DNA of 64,000 nt from Rhizodiscina lignyota. Lineage: Eukaryota. Shown in pieces: positions 23,849 to 36,962 of the stretch; positions within the stretch are counted from its first letter, which is position 1, and the number at the start of each line of letters is the position of its first letter. Under the pieces are notes generated by a model. That model saw only the letters and a list, made by a program, of their open reading frames with translations, was not told the origin of the DNA and did no database searches. The stretch covers positions 2,170,001-2,234,000 of the forward strand of contig ML978124.1 in assembly GCA_010015805.1 (NCBI GenBank), written 5' to 3'. The position numbers and the translations under genes were made by a program.

Positions 23849-25141
23849 TCAAGCCTTGGTATCGCCCTTGCGCTTGCGCTTCTTGTCTTTCTCGGCCGGG
23901 GTCACTGGCGGCTCGATCGTCTCCTCGACAGTCTCAACCTTGCCCTTCCTGCCCTTCTTCTTCTTGGGCTCCTCGGCGGTCTCCTCAACGGCAGCGCCCT
24001 TCCTCTTCTTGTCGGGACTCTTGGCCTTGTCAGCGGCAGTGGCAGGGGTTGGCAGAGGCACAGGTGTCTGCTTCTGCGCGGCAGTCTCAGTGACGCCATT
24101 CTGCTTTGCGCCCTTGCCACGCTTCTTTGGCGTAGCCTCCTGCTTGGGTGGTGGAGCAGGTGCTTCCTCCTCCTCGTCTTCCTCGTCAGTGTCCTCAGAG
24201 GATTCTTCCTCTTCCTCTTCCTCTGCGACCGCCTCCTCCTCTGCGCCTGGCTCCACAGCGGCGATGGCGTCAACTTCCAATTCCAAGTCATGAGGCATAT
24301 CTTCTTCCTCCTCGACAGCCTCGCCTCTGGCGGCCTTGTCAACGTTGTACTCAGCGAGCTCCGTCTTGTACTTCGCGAAGTTTTCCTTGTACAGCATTCG
24401 CCAACTCTCGAAGGGCATTAGCTGTCTACATGTAGGATGTTTGTTTGTGGTAGGGGGATGGTAATCGACTGACCTCCTTCTCCTCCTCGTTCAGCGCGTT
24501 CCAGCGCTTGCTTGCCTCCAGCGTAACCGCGTCACCCTTCGCGCTTTCACCCAAATCATTCTTGATGATCGGGCGCGCATGCTGTGCGTACAGGAAGTAC
24601 GCAGTGGGGGGTGCCTTGGGCGCATTGGGGTCCTTCTTCCTGCGCTGCTTCTTCTTCTTGGTCTTGTCGTCCTCAATGCCTGCGGCAGCACTGTTAACAA
24701 TGTTTGCAGTGACAGCATTGAGTTCGGTACCGCTGCTTCCACCTAGGATAGATGTGGTGTGGCTGATGTAGGCGTTGAGAAGGTCCTTGATTGCGCCTTG
24801 AAGCGTGGTCAAGCTGGTCACGACCTGATGAGAGACCATGTCAGCGCAATTGTCTCAACACCAGTGAAAATCGGTGACATCTTAAGACCGCAGCGTGAGG
24901 AAAATCACATTTGTGATCTACTGGAACGGGACAGGAGATCATAGCGATGCAAATAAACGTTGCGTATGGGATGTCGCAAATGCTTCGAACGAAGTGAACG
25001 AGCGACTTGCTTGCGACGCGTAAAAACAACAGTGAAGAAGGAGCAATCGCTCACATTATCTCTAGTGCGCATGAACTCCTCAACGGAAATCATGAGCTGC
25101 GCATTCTCCTTCGCCTTATCATCCTTCTTAGGGCGAGTCAT
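23849..25141 (-). CDS. HMG-box protein with acidic/lysine-rich C-terminal tail; 2 introns
   Basis: Exon 1 MTRPKK...EEFMRTRDN, intron 24825-25054; KKDPNAPKAPPTAYFLY...RWNALNEEEKE HMG box; second donor at 24473. Confidence 0.85.
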
Positions 25142-26427
25142 CTTGACTTGAAGCGTTGCGGTGATGGCAACTGGCGATAGGTGGGTTGCTAGGTAGGTGG
25201 TGCACCTAGAGGCAATGAAAAATGGGAAGAGAGCGGGTGAAGAGGTTGGGGGCGCTGCGCAATTTAAGGGCCGCGTGTGACCAAGGCTTGTGTCGGCCAA
25301 CTAAGCTGAGAGGGGGGCACACAGCACCCGGGCTTGGGCAAGCTTAGGTACCTTTGCAGCTAGTACCCAGCAGCAGCCACCACTCTCCACTCCTCGGGTG
25401 CTAAGGAACGCGAAATCTCTTCACTCGCTGTGGCGACAAGGGAGGCACGAGACTGATATAACATTGATACAATTCGTTTAACAGGCGTATACAAGCACAA
25501 CGATCACAGCAATCAGTAGCTTTTCGTGGTCGCGACTGCTAATGTTGACATGTTCCTTGAGGCTGGCTTGACTCAGCAGTGGTGTCACCCCGGAGGGCCT
25601 CGGCGAGCCGCGTCATAAGCCACTTAATCTTCCGGGAGCCTCACCACCAAACATTTTGCTGACCTGTACCCACGAGGCCTTCAGAGATGGGTGCATGGCA
25701 ACTAGAAGTTTACTACCCTTGGAGCCGACAGCCTTTGCATAAATCGTCGACGACTATGAAGTCGATATGAAGATTATCATGAACCTGTATTCCCGTTTCA
25801 CTCTACGCTTCACTTTCCTCGGATGAACAGTATTCTTCATGTCAAGCCTACTTACGAAGCCTTATGCCATGCCAGAGTTCAGAGGCTCTTTAGCTCATTT
25901 TTGATGGCTCATCGACCCGTCCGGCTGACCATTAGGAAGTGGAGAAAACATAACTCTCAAGTATTTCACTAGCCGCTCCACTCATCAAGTGAATAAGATG
26001 CTACCTATGAAGCCACTTCATGAAGCTCATGCCATACCAGAAAGCCCAGTCGTAGACGGCATCTTTGCCTGTTCGCCCGCCTTCCGTTAGATAAAGCCAA
26101 CATTCACGCTACCAGACATGTCATCTCAATGGTATTCTCAATATTCATAAGGCCTATTTGCAATCTAGCAAGAAGATATCATACTGCAAAGTAAAGAAGC
26201 AAAGTGAAGATCGCTCGCTGCAACTCAAAATCGGAAAACTCCCAACACCTCGCTCAAAGCATGCAGATTACCCCAAAGGCCACGCTATGCAGCCTCCAGC
26301 TAGAAAAGAGTCAGACTTCCAGTGTCGATTTTGCAATCTGGTCGTTCTTCACTCATCCCAAAACGCCCTTAGATGAAAATGCAATCTGCTCAGTCTTCGG
26401 TGCCCATCAACATAGGAAATACTCAGC

Positions 26428-28661
26428 CTATGCGATATCCATATCGCCGTCTTCTCCATCGTCCATGCCCTCGTCTTCATCACCACCGCTGACTCCACTG
26501 CCGACGCTCCCCTTGCCAGTCGTACTTCCGGCTCCTCCAACGCCGAAGCGTCCTCCACCTAGTCCACCCACAGCCTCCAGCTCATCGCCTCCAACAACCC
26601 TACCTTCAGCATCAATCTCTTCACATAACTCCACCAGCGCATTCTGCTTCAAGTTTCTGAACCCTTGTGTCCTCACGATGCGGCCCCAATGTGTCATGCA
26701 GAAGCTCGCGGCGCGCCTTCTCAACCACTCTTCTCCTGCCGTGCCCGCGCGCTCCCAAATGACTGCTGCATGCTCCACATCGAGTTCCCTGCCCAGTCTG
26801 TTAACACAGAGAAGCCGCAGGCGCGGCATGTCGTAGATGTTGCTCATGACAAGCATTCCGGCAACGTCTGCGAGAGTTGGGCAACCACCTTGCGCTTCAT
26901 CCGGCGAGATACTATCGGTGTAGAGATAGTACAGGAAGCTCTTCACCGCGGAGTACGGTTCGGGGATGTGCATCTTCTTCGTGTGGAACTCGACCATTTG
27001 TGCAGAGTACATTCGCTTGAAATGCGGCCAGCGAGCCTGTAGGATGAGTCGGTGCACGTGAATTGGCTGGGAAGCAGGAGCGAGATGTCGAAGTTCAGGT
27101 GGACCAGAAGAAGCAGAGGAGGGCATAGATGAATCAAGGCTTTCATCATTATCGTCAATTTCCGCGGTGACAATGAAGTCCGTGTTCGAGCCACTTTCAG
27201 GCGGCACATTGAAAGTTGATGCTAGATCAGCACCAATGCCGGAAAGATGGGATTGCGTAGTGTGGCTGTCGGATGCTGGCATAGCGGCCATGGCCTTTGA
27301 GTGCATGCGAGATTCCGCTGTTAAGCTATTTCCGAGGAGTCCAAGCTTGCGTAGATCGATTGGTAGAACGTCACTCAAAAACTCTTCAACTGTTCCGCCA
27401 CCATTAGGAAGCTGTTCGGTCGGGCATCCGAGTAGCCAAGCGTGAGTTCCATCTTCATTCATCGTGCAGTAGTGCCAGCGATAGCTTGGGTGGAAGAGAT
27501 CCTTGCCCGCGGCAAGCTTCTGCCAGCGAAGAGTATCAAGATCAAGCGCTGTCAAGCTTGTCTCGAATGAAGAAATGACCGATGCAGGAGTGACAAAGTC
27601 GAGCAAACAGCCAGAGCTGTAAACGTGGAAGTGAGTGCCAAGTGTTTGTGTTGGGAGCTCTGGACCGGAGATGAATTTGAGTGTTGAAATTGAGCCTGGA
27701 GCGACAGGCGGCGAGCGCGAAGAGATGATTGATGGCGGGTTGGACGCTACACTGCTCGAATTTGCCGCATATGTGGTCGAAGATCCCCCATAGCTGTTCC
27801 CGGCTGTCTGACTGTAGTTCAAGCGTGGATACTTGACACTCGTTTGCTGTCTCTCGCCAGCTCCGTAAACCATGGGGAAATCAAATGCGGGACTGCCTTG
27901 CAGATCAAGCCACCAAATCTCATTTGTACGCTCTTGATTCTCCGTCAAGCCGCCAAACACCCAAATTCTGCTTCCCCATATCCAACTTGTGTGGTCGTAA
28001 CGCTGCACGAATCTCCATGTCCGCGACCATGTCCAAGTCTTGAGGTCGAGGTAGCAGATGTCATCCAGCACGTAATTATCATGGCCCGTCATGCCGCCAA
28101 TGATGTATAGCTTCTCATCGTGTATGACCGCCGAATGTCTCGCTCGTCCGCGGGGTGCTGGGCCGTTGAGGTCGGGCTGGGTCCAGTGTGCAGTCTTGAG
28201 GTCAAATATAATGACATCTGAGAGGTATGCCCGGTGCTCATTCTCACCACCGTATACCAGAAGCTTATCCCCTTGCCAAAGGTTGGCGGTGTGCCCCATT
28301 CGTACCCCTGGAATGTCGCCATAGTTGTCGACGAGACTCCACTGCTTGGTCTGTAGGTTCAATTTGAGGACATGATTGTAGACTGCAAAAGGAACTGGGC
28401 ATCAGCGACACTTTACAACATCGCCTACTCGGAGTTAACCCTACCTTCATCGGTGTACTGGTCGAAGCCTCCAAAAGCGTAGATTTGATCGTTTCCGACG
28501 TATGTAACCGAGGCATTCACTAGGCATGCCGGCCTTGCTCCGACGGTCGTTATTATCTTTGGCTTGTAGTTCTCCTGCTTGCGGGGTCGTACGGGGCTGT
28601 TCGACATCACGAAAGTGTTGTTGTTGGAGGAAGTGACAGAAGCTGGGGTACCGCCTGCCAT
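26428..28661 (-). CDS. Ral2-like kelch-repeat + BTB/POZ protein; intron 28383-28444
   Basis: CLVNASVTY...IYAFGGFDQYTDE|VYNHVL; kelch repeats (GHTA..YGG, RHSA..IGG); BTB IHVHRLILQARWPHF...FLYYLYTD. Confidence 0.88.
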
Positions 28662-29220
28662 TGTAAATCACTTGATGATCAGGGTGAAGCGTCGTGTAAG
28701 CGGCAGATGAGTAACGACTGGGGGATGGGTCAGCAAATCATGTCAAAGAGAGTGTTGGCTGCAGTGCTATGTCCATGACACTTCTGCAAGCTGCAGGCAA
28801 GACGTGGAGATCAATGAATCGTGAAAAAGTCTGGAGGCTGGCTCCGTAATGGGTCAGGCACCCGAAACGCTAGACGTGGGGTCGTATTTCTTGGCATCTG
28901 CCGCTAGCGCTACGGAACAGCTGATTGGACACCCATCGAGCCACCCATGCTCGCGGCGCTGGCATACACACGACGTGTTAATGCAGGCGTAAAGGAGCAC
29001 AGTGATGCATGAGTTGAGCTCCGTGCTTAACCTTCAGATTTCACATATCTCAAGGGCATTACCCTTCGCGTCTTGAATGGATATCCATCGAACCTATTGC
29101 TGCACAGCCAAGGCAAACGGCCTGAGAGGTAGTCCATGTTATTCCTGAGATTGCGAAGGCCTATCGAGAACATCGTAAGTGTAGCATTTGAGTTATGTAA
29201 TGTCCCATCTACGCAGTAAC

Positions 29221-30465
29221 CTAACCGACTGCAGTATCGTTTAGAGCAACACACACTGCGCCTCTGTGATGCCCATTGTACTGTCTGATGATTCCCTGCG
29301 TTCCCAGATCCCATAGTCTTGCGTAATGATCCGAGCAAGCGGTCACCAGGTATGCACTGTCTGCGCTGAATGCACAGTCCCAGACCCATCTCTGATGGCC
29401 CTGCAATGTCATCATGAGTGGGAAAGGCTCAACAGCCGGGCCGGAAAGTGCGCTGTCGGAGCTACCATTCATCATTCCGCTGCCGTTAAGAGCACCAGGG
29501 GGTCCTGTGCTCGCGACAGCATTTGGCATCGGCGATGAGGCAGTTGGATCAACTTGCCAGATTCGAGCAGTATGGTCGGCGCTGCATGTTGCCAAGTGGC
29601 GAACATCTGGAGACAGGAGAACACGAGTGATGTAAGTGTTGTGGGCAGTAAATTTGGTGACGGGAACAAGAGACGTGACATCGCGGGCTTGTATCATTCT
29701 CCAGACATAGATGTTTCCCTGATATCAAGTTAGCTGGTGCTCAGAGTGGCTGAGATGTCTTCAAAGGGAAATGGAGATATTGCATACCGCGTTGTTCCCA
29801 GCAACAAGCATACTGCCATCGCTGGCAACAGTGACGCTTGAAATTGATTGATCTTCCTCAGGCACTAGCTGATGAGAGCATTTGTTCTCTCCAAGGTCCC
29901 AGACTCTAACGTTGCCGGCTCGGTCGCAGCTGATCAATTCGCCCTGGTTAGGATGAATGACAACATCATTGACAGGTGCTCCGTGCGTGTAGTTGCGCTG
30001 GACATTCGAGGTTCTCGTGTCCCAGATCTTGACCGTGCCATCTTCTGAACTAGTCACCATCCACTTGCCCTCGCAGTGGAAGGCTACGCCAGTGACATTG
30101 TTAGTGTGGCCTTCAAAGGTGAGCACCGCGGCGGGATTTGTTGATTTGATATCGTAAAGCTTGATAGTATGGTGGCCTGCAGCTGCAAGGTAGCGTTTGT
30201 CAGGTGAGATGCACAGGCGGTTGACCTGCGAATCCGGGTGGGGGATAGTGCGAGAGCAAATTCCAGAGAGAGCCTCCCAGAAGCTAGATCATGGGTTAGC
30301 ACCCCGTTTGAGATAACAGAATAAAATAAGACCCCGTTGCCGAATGTGGCAAAAAGAACAAACGTACCGAATGGTGTGGTCGTAACCAGCTAACAGAAGA
30401 CGTAAGCCAACTTGTAAATTCAGCCAAATAGGAATATACTTACCGGTACAGAGAATGACGCTCAT
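29221..30465 (-). CDS. LST8: TOR complex subunit LST8 (WD40); two 22-nt 5' exons
   Basis: MSVILCT|AGYDHTIR|FWEALSGICSRTIPHPDSQVNRLCISPDK...TFEGHTNNVT...GHQRWVWDCAFSADSAYLVTA. Confidence 0.95.
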
Positions 30466-31147
30466 CTTTGCCTTCTGCGATCAAAAGTTATGGTCATGTA
30501 TATGATCGCATGTTGGAGGCCTCTCCTGGTTCGGCCGTGTGGGTGAGTCCGTGGAATGAATCTAATACAAGTGCTCAGTGCACGATAAGCACACTCGGTG
30601 GGGTATATGTTTGGAGACCTCGAATTTGGCAAGCTTTTCGATCCTTTCCGCGCTCTTCACGGTGCTTGTTTAGGTCAACGACAGGAAGAGCGCGTTCAGA
30701 AACTTTGGGGTCCCTTTTCGGTAAGGTTGGTCAGGATATAATGTCCGGTATTTAGCCGACAAGGCGCCACAGGGCCACAGGACAGGGGGTACGAATGACC
30801 TCCTTCCTCCTCCGAGTGCTATGTCGTTGACTATATTTACTACCATCGCTTTTAGGCAGCATAGTCTGGTCGACAGGCTATGTGACCTTCTAAATGGTAA
30901 GAGATTAAACTGAAAAGAATAGGTCTCCCGCAGTGCCCCGAGCCGTAGTTCGCTCCTCTCTACTAACATCTAGGCGCCTAGTAACGGACAGCACCTTCTC
31001 GTGGTACTACGTGCGAGGGATCTTAAAGAAAGACGAAATCAAAACTGTCCATTATCTTTTGGCACCTGTAGGCCGCAAGCTCACAACCCGCGTTCGGCGT
31101 CCCCTCCCAAGCTTTACCATAAAGGTTTAAACTCTTTCGAAACTGGC

Positions 31148-31170
31148 TTGAATCGCTTCATTTCTCTCTT
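31148..31170 (+). repeat. 23-bp direct repeat, copy 1
   Basis: TTGAATCGCTTCATTTCTCTCTT; 22/23 identical to 32784-32806. Confidence 0.8.
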
Positions 31171-31477
31171 GAGGTGTACTGAACAGTGGTGAACCATTGA
31201 AATCGCTCGTACGCTTATTGATTGCAAGTGTTAGACACCATTGCTATGCAGCGTCTTTCATCTTGAAAGCAGCGGTCAAGCTTTTCGTCCTGGAGCTAAG
31301 ATCGTCCAGACCGGCCAACCACGCAGAGAATTTCCTTTGTTTCATAATAATTGTATCTGTAGACGCCAAGGAACCGATATGCACGCAGAGTTCTCACACC
31401 GAACAGCTCGCAGTCGGAAAGCCTAGCTACACTCGATTTCTGATACTCCAACGGCCTGTCACAACAGCATTCTACGA

Positions 31478-32273
31478 CTAACGCTTCATCTGGAACTCAT
31501 CCATTGCTAATGTTTTCTTGACAGCCTCTCTGTCAAGCAAACTTTGGAACCATTCAGCAAAGTTCGGGCACTCGCTCTTGAAATCCCAATCCCCCATCAG
31601 AAACGGCACCAATCTGAACCACGGAAGGAATGCGAGGTCCGCATACGTTACCTTACCTCCCACGAGGGCTCCCTTGCCGTGCTTCTTCAGATGGGCGTCT
31701 ACGACTTTGGTGACACGCTTAATCTCGTTGCGGTAGCGCTCTTTCGCGGACTCAACAGGCTGGATCATTGACCGTTAGCGACAAGCGGCGCGATATTTAC
31801 AGCAAAATGTGGACAGCACACATCCGCTGAATGGTTGATACATACTTCTGGATGAAAATTCATGAACCAGCTCAGCTGTCCAAAGTATGGTCCTTGGCCA
31901 GAGACCTGGAAATGGAGCCATGCCTGAGTGAGGTACTTCTCCGGAGATGTGGTATAGCTAAGCTTGTGCTCCTTGTCGTAGGTGTCGATAAGGTATTCGA
32001 TGATGGCGCCAGACTTTGAAAAGTAAGCAGATATTCGAAGGCGAATATACCACATAGGCTACGAACCTCGAAAAGGTTCACCCCAGTGTTCGGATCTTCA
32101 ATAGACGGCACTCGGCCATTCGGATTAACAGAGATATAAGGCTCGCTCTTGTTCTCTGTCGGGAATTCGATATGCTTCGCCTCCCACGGCAATCCCAGCT
32201 CCTCAAGGACAATTGCTACCTTGACGGGGTTTGGGGTCGGCCCGTGTGTGTAGAGCGCGATGGGCTGAACCAT
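31478..32273 (-). CDS. Glutathione S-transferase (Ure2p-like class); 2 introns
   Basis: GPTPNPVKVAIVLEELGL, NPNGRVPSIED, LFE|SGAIIEYL, WLHFQVSGQGPYFGQ, TYADLAFLPW. Confidence 0.92.
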
Positions 32274-32783
32274 TGTTGCAAATGAACTTGGAGAAGTTTG
32301 ATCTTACTCTTTAGAGGTGAGAAAGGGAAGATATTGAATGCTGTCAAGGTCCTGTCTTGCAGTTCTCAGTCCATTCCTCACTCCACTCTAGCATTTATAT
32401 GTCTCTAGAGACAGACATAATCTATGTAGGGAGCGTTTCCGCAATTATTTTTGTCCGTTTAACTAAAGCCATTGTGGCGTCTGCAATTCATTTCTTGGCA
32501 CGAAAGGCGCATGGAAAGGTTGGTAATCCACCATGAAACCCGGATAACTAGAGTTCCTTAATCCGATTGGAATTAATTGAATTGAAAGGAAATTTTTGTA
32601 GTCAATCAGGGATACGATATGCCGCTTCCGGACGAGGTTGAAAACAATTAGATAGACAAGCAGAGCTTAGTGGCTGGAGTTGTACTCGAATAGACCAGAA
32701 AGGCGAGAGATGGTACTTTACTGGACGTCTAACCGGTTCCGCTTGTAAGATAATAAGCTTTCCTTAATAATAATAAAATGTCG

Positions 32784-32806
32784 TTGAATCGCTTCATCTC
32801 TCTCTT
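32784..32806 (+). repeat. 23-bp direct repeat, copy 2
   Basis: TTGAATCGCTTCATCTCTCTCTT. Confidence 0.8.
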
Positions 32807-33860
32807 CTTCGCAAGGCAACATAGCGTTGCGAGGCTCTTGCTCGGTAACATGCCGCCTGGGGCCATTGGTGATAAGGAGAGACTATGATTCGTTCGGATA
32901 TTCGGAGAAGACTGAAACAGGCATCGCGTTTATTATATAATCCGACCGTCGATCGAACAAAGGGCGTTAACATCCAGCTCTTGCTTCGGCCTTCAATTCA
33001 GAGCGAGCATAATACACCGGAGCAAATTCTCGGACGAAGAGAAAGACCAATGTTTGAGATTCTCCGACGAAGCTCATAGCTGAGCATTTCCTCTTCTCGG
33101 GCTCCCATGGCACCGGCGGGGGTTCTTGAGCCAACTTCTTCCCGAGGCTGTCAATGTGGCCATTTCAGCTTCAACGTCGGGGGGATTGAATTGTGAGACC
33201 CGTGCCTCTTGAGACAGGAACGTTGTCTGCTATGCATGCCCGACCTACAAGAAGGACAATGCATTAACGAGTTGACGAACTGGCGATGCTGTCGGAAGAT
33301 CCTTCGCCCACGTCTCGCAACGCTTTGACTTTATTGACGCCGAAGTCGCGCGATGTCCTCCACGAGCTTCTGGCAGCAATAGTTACAACAGAGCGCCGGA
33401 GAAACCGCAGGTGCTGTCGTCTGTAAGTTCTCTCACTGACACTGATGGAGTAGAAAATCGATGAAGACAGTACGATACTAAAATAGCGCTCTGGGACCGA
33501 GGTCTTCCCCGCGCTTCGCTTGACGAACCGCGCAAAAGATTATTCCAAGTGCCACATGCAGCTGATGCGTCCATCTGTGGTAATTCACCCCGAAGCTGAG
33601 CTGAAGTGACAGGCCGCAAGAGTGGGAGCATAGAAGACTGAGATTTCGCTCTTGGACAAGTAATGAAACTTCTTAACACTTAATTTCGCTAAGTTTAAGG
33701 AGCCTTTCATGTAGCTCAAACCGTCGTGCACTTTCGCATGAGTTTTCAGTGGGAGTTACCTCAAAACTGCCCCTAGCATTGAACTACTTTCTCTACGATT
33801 AACAATCAGCTATCCTTTTTCAACGCCGTACTGGTGTTGAGCCCGGACATCTTCAACAAT

Positions 33861-35705
33861 ATGTCGCAAAATTCACTAAATTTCGACGATACGACGGATT
33901 TTGAGAACGCGACTCGTGGATGTATTGGCAAGCTTGAACCATGCATAGTCAAGTCTTCCAATGGCCGCGTCGTCTGGAACAACGAGGACTACAACTTCCT
34001 CCAAGCAGAATGCCCTCCGACAGCTCAACGGTCCCTCTGGCGGCAAGGGCAACTCGCTGCCAAACATGGTCTCTTCGAAGTAACACAGGGCGTCTACCAA
34101 GTGCGCGGGCTGGATATTTCCAATATGACGATCATTGAAGGTGCCGAAGGCGTGGTCATAGTTGATCCCCTGATCTCCGTCGAATGCGCGGAGGCCGCTC
34201 TATCACTGTACCGGAAGCATCGAGGAGCACGACAAGTCTCTGGTCTTATCTACACGCATAGCCACGTAGACCACTTTGGAGGTGCCGCAGGCATCCTGCG
34301 GGGCGGCGTGGAGAACGTAGATCGGGTGCCCATCATCGCGCCGGAAGGGTTCATGAAGGAGGTGATGAGCGAGAATGTTACCGCCGGTCCAGCAATGCTG
34401 AGGAGGGCCGCATACATGTATGGCAGTCTGATCCCAAGAGGACCAAATGGCCAGATCGGGTGTGGCCTAGGGCAAGCTGCTTCTTCTGGTATGAACTCCA
34501 TCGTCCCGCCCACGAGAGACATCACACATACTGGCGAAGAGCTGGTCATCGACGGTATTCAATTTGTTTTCCAGCTCACCCCGGATACGGAGGCGCCAGC
34601 GGAACTGAATTTTTATCTTCCACAACGACGCGCTCTGTGCATAGCGGAATGTGCGACTCATTGCTTGCATAACGTACTCACACTAAGAGGCGCCCTAGTA
34701 AGAGATGCAAGAAGGTGGTCACGATATCTGGACGAAGCCATTTCACTATTCGGTAGAGACGTCGACGTGTTGTTCGCAGGTCACCATTGGCCTACCTGGG
34801 GTCGGAAAGAGGTGATCAAGCTTATCGGAGAGCAGCGGGACTTGTACGCATATCTGCATGATCAGACCGTGAGGATGATGAATGCAGGCATGACTGGAAC
34901 AGAGATCGCTGAGGTACTGGAGCTCCCTCCCACGCTGAAAAGAGCTTGGCATGCGCAAGGCTACTACGGTTCTGTCTCTCACAATGTGAAAGCTATTTAC
35001 CAAAGATACATGGGATGGTTTGATGGAAATCCAGCCCGTCTCTGGGAGCACCCCCCAAAAGAAGCTGCTGAGAGATATGTCGAATGTATGGGCGGCATCG
35101 ACGAAGTCATCCGAAAGGCCGAAACATATACAGCAAAAGGCGACCTCCGGTTCGCCGCAACACTGCTCGGCCATGCGGTCACCATCCAGCCTGCAGACAA
35201 GAACGCTCGAATGGCGCTTGCTGCTGTCTATGAACAACTCGGTTACGGCTCGGAGAATGCAACATGGCGAAATTTTTACCTTAGTGGAGCCCAGGACTTG
35301 CGAGCAGGGCCAACCAAACCGATGTCTCGAAACGCAGGATTGAGCAAATTAAGCCCACATCTCCAGGTGGATCAATTGCTCGATGCGCTATGCGTTCAAC
35401 TAGACGGCCAGCGCGCTGGAGAGCAGTCTCTCTGCATAAATGTTGAGATCACGGAGGAAGAGCGGCGATGGCGGCTTAGGCTGGCAAATGGTGCGTTCAC
35501 ATACCGGAGCACAAGTGAATTGAGCGAGCCTGCGGAGCCGGCCAGGTTCAGCTTCACTGTTCGGAACAGAAGAGAGTTCATTGACGTGATCACTTTGAAG
35601 CGGGATCTGAGAGACGTCGACAAGAGTGGAGACGAGACACTGCTACCAACTTTGTCATCTTTATTCGGCATGCAGATGCCCAGCGCTCCTGCTAGTCATA
35701 TTTAG
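33861..35705 (+). CDS. Alkyl/aryl sulfatase, SdsA1/BDS1 family (MBL + dimerisation + SCP2-like domains), intronless
   Basis: SLWRQ, GVYQVRGLDISNMT, THSHVDHFGG, TEAPAE, HNVLTLRGALVRD, GHHWP, GYYGSVSHN, YMGWFDGNP, ENATWRNFYL. Confidence 0.93.
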   Translation: MSQNSLNFDDTTDFENATRGCIGKLEPCIVKSSNGRVVWNNEDYNFLQAECPPTAQRSLWRQGQLAAKHGLFEVTQGVYQVRGLDISNMTIIEGAEGVVIVDPLISVECAEAALSLYRKHRGARQVSGLIYTHSHVDHFGGAAGILRGGVENVDRVPIIAPEGFMKEVMSENVTAGPAMLRRAAYMYGSLIPRGPNGQIGCGLGQAASSGMNSIVPPTRDITHTGEELVIDGIQFVFQLTPDTEAPAELNFYLPQRRALCIAECATHCLHNVLTLRGALVRDARRWSRYLDEAISLFGRDVDVLFAGHHWPTWGRKEVIKLIGEQRDLYAYLHDQTVRMMNAGMTGTEIAEVLELPPTLKRAWHAQGYYGSVSHNVKAIYQRYMGWFDGNPARLWEHPPKEAAERYVECMGGIDEVIRKAETYTAKGDLRFAATLLGHAVTIQPADKNARMALAAVYEQLGYGSENATWRNFYLSGAQDLRAGPTKPMSRNAGLSKLSPHLQVDQLLDALCVQLDGQRAGEQSLCINVEITEEERRWRLRLANGAFTYRSTSELSEPAEPARFSFTVRNRREFIDVITLKRDLRDVDKSGDETLLPTLSSLFGMQMPSAPASHI

Positions 35706-35723
35706 GAGTGGCAGCATGTGCCC

Positions 35724-36065
35724 GAGCTGTAAATTGGGCACCCTTATATAACCGGATCGAGGCTCGAGCTATTAGCATAAGCTAGAAGCTGTATATGTAC
35801 ATTTGATTAAAACAGTTCTCGGTCTATATTTACGAGCTTTAAGTTGAGTACCTGTATATAATCGAACCTAATCTCAATCTACGTGTTCAAGCTGCAAGTT
35901 GATCGCCTGTATCAAATCAAATCAAAACTTCACACACGCGCGTAAGCTGGAACTATCTAAGCGACTGCATTTCATTAAGGTGATGCTCGATCTCTAGAGC
36001 TGTAAATTGAGCGCTAACATATAACCGAATCGAGGATCTGTCTACATTGCACGCTAAAGGTTGAA
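35724..36065 (-). repeat. Degenerate ~55-bp tandem repeat, locus 3 (reverse orientation, up to 7 units, some very decayed)
   Basis: gagctgtaaattg (35724), aagctagaagctg (35779), gagctttaagttg (35834), aagctgcaagttg (35889), gagctgtaaattg (35997); reverse complement matches the units of loci 1 and 2. Confidence 0.7.
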
Positions 36066-36962
36066 TTAAGGGCTTCAAATTAAGGATACTCGCCAAATAT
36101 ATATTTCCTTGTTACAATCGCTACATCGATCTCTAAAACAAATACTTAGGAGCCGCGAAGAATCAACCCTCTCTCCCGCTTACAGCGAAAGGACAAAGTT
36201 GTGTAAGAATTGCGGCAATCTAGTGAAGATCGAGCCACGCATCATAATGGGACAAAACATTCGCGATCCACATGCGCGATCTACTTCACGATGAGCAAAG
36301 TCAAACGGGGCACTTCTAGCCGACTGGGCGGAGAAGGCTGTCAGCGCCACCATCTTCCCCGCAACACCAGAAGATCGCTTGCATCCTTGCTATACACGCC
36401 CAATGTGGTCGTCGAGAAGGCTGGGCGTGCCCATCCTACGACGTCTTCCCAAACCAAGCAACACCCCGTCTTCGTCTACTCACGCTAACTTGCTTCTTTA
36501 TTCGGCTCTGTTTGCCGGGCCACGCCCTCGTCTCTCATTGCTGCTCCTCCATCCATACCTCAACTCGTGCATGGGCTTGACCTCTCCCATCGCGAGCTTG
36601 GGAATCTATAGAGTAAAGGCCGCGCGTTACTGACTTCACCTTGCAGTATGGAGATGTACTGGCTTGCATACAGGTTTCCATCTTCACGATCACTGGATAG
36701 TGGTCGTGAATGGCACCATGGCACGTTTCAAGATGGAGAGCTGCACCTTCCAGTGGTGGTTTGGAGCCAATTGCTGTTAAGGCAAGTTTGTCTGACCCCG
36801 AGACGTCATGCGAATGCCATTTCCCATAAGTTTCCCCTCTTTCGCGTCTAATCTAGTTTTCTCTTCAGCTCGGCCTCGTGAGAGCTATTCTTGTACGCTT
36901 TCGTTTTGCACATTGGACTTCTGTCTTGGCTGCGTCAAGCTCTCTCTCACTCACACACGAAC

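Noticed and set aside
26428..30465. Ral2-like and LST8 adjacency as a signalling cluster
   Set aside because: Two conserved housekeeping genes; adjacency alone is not evidence
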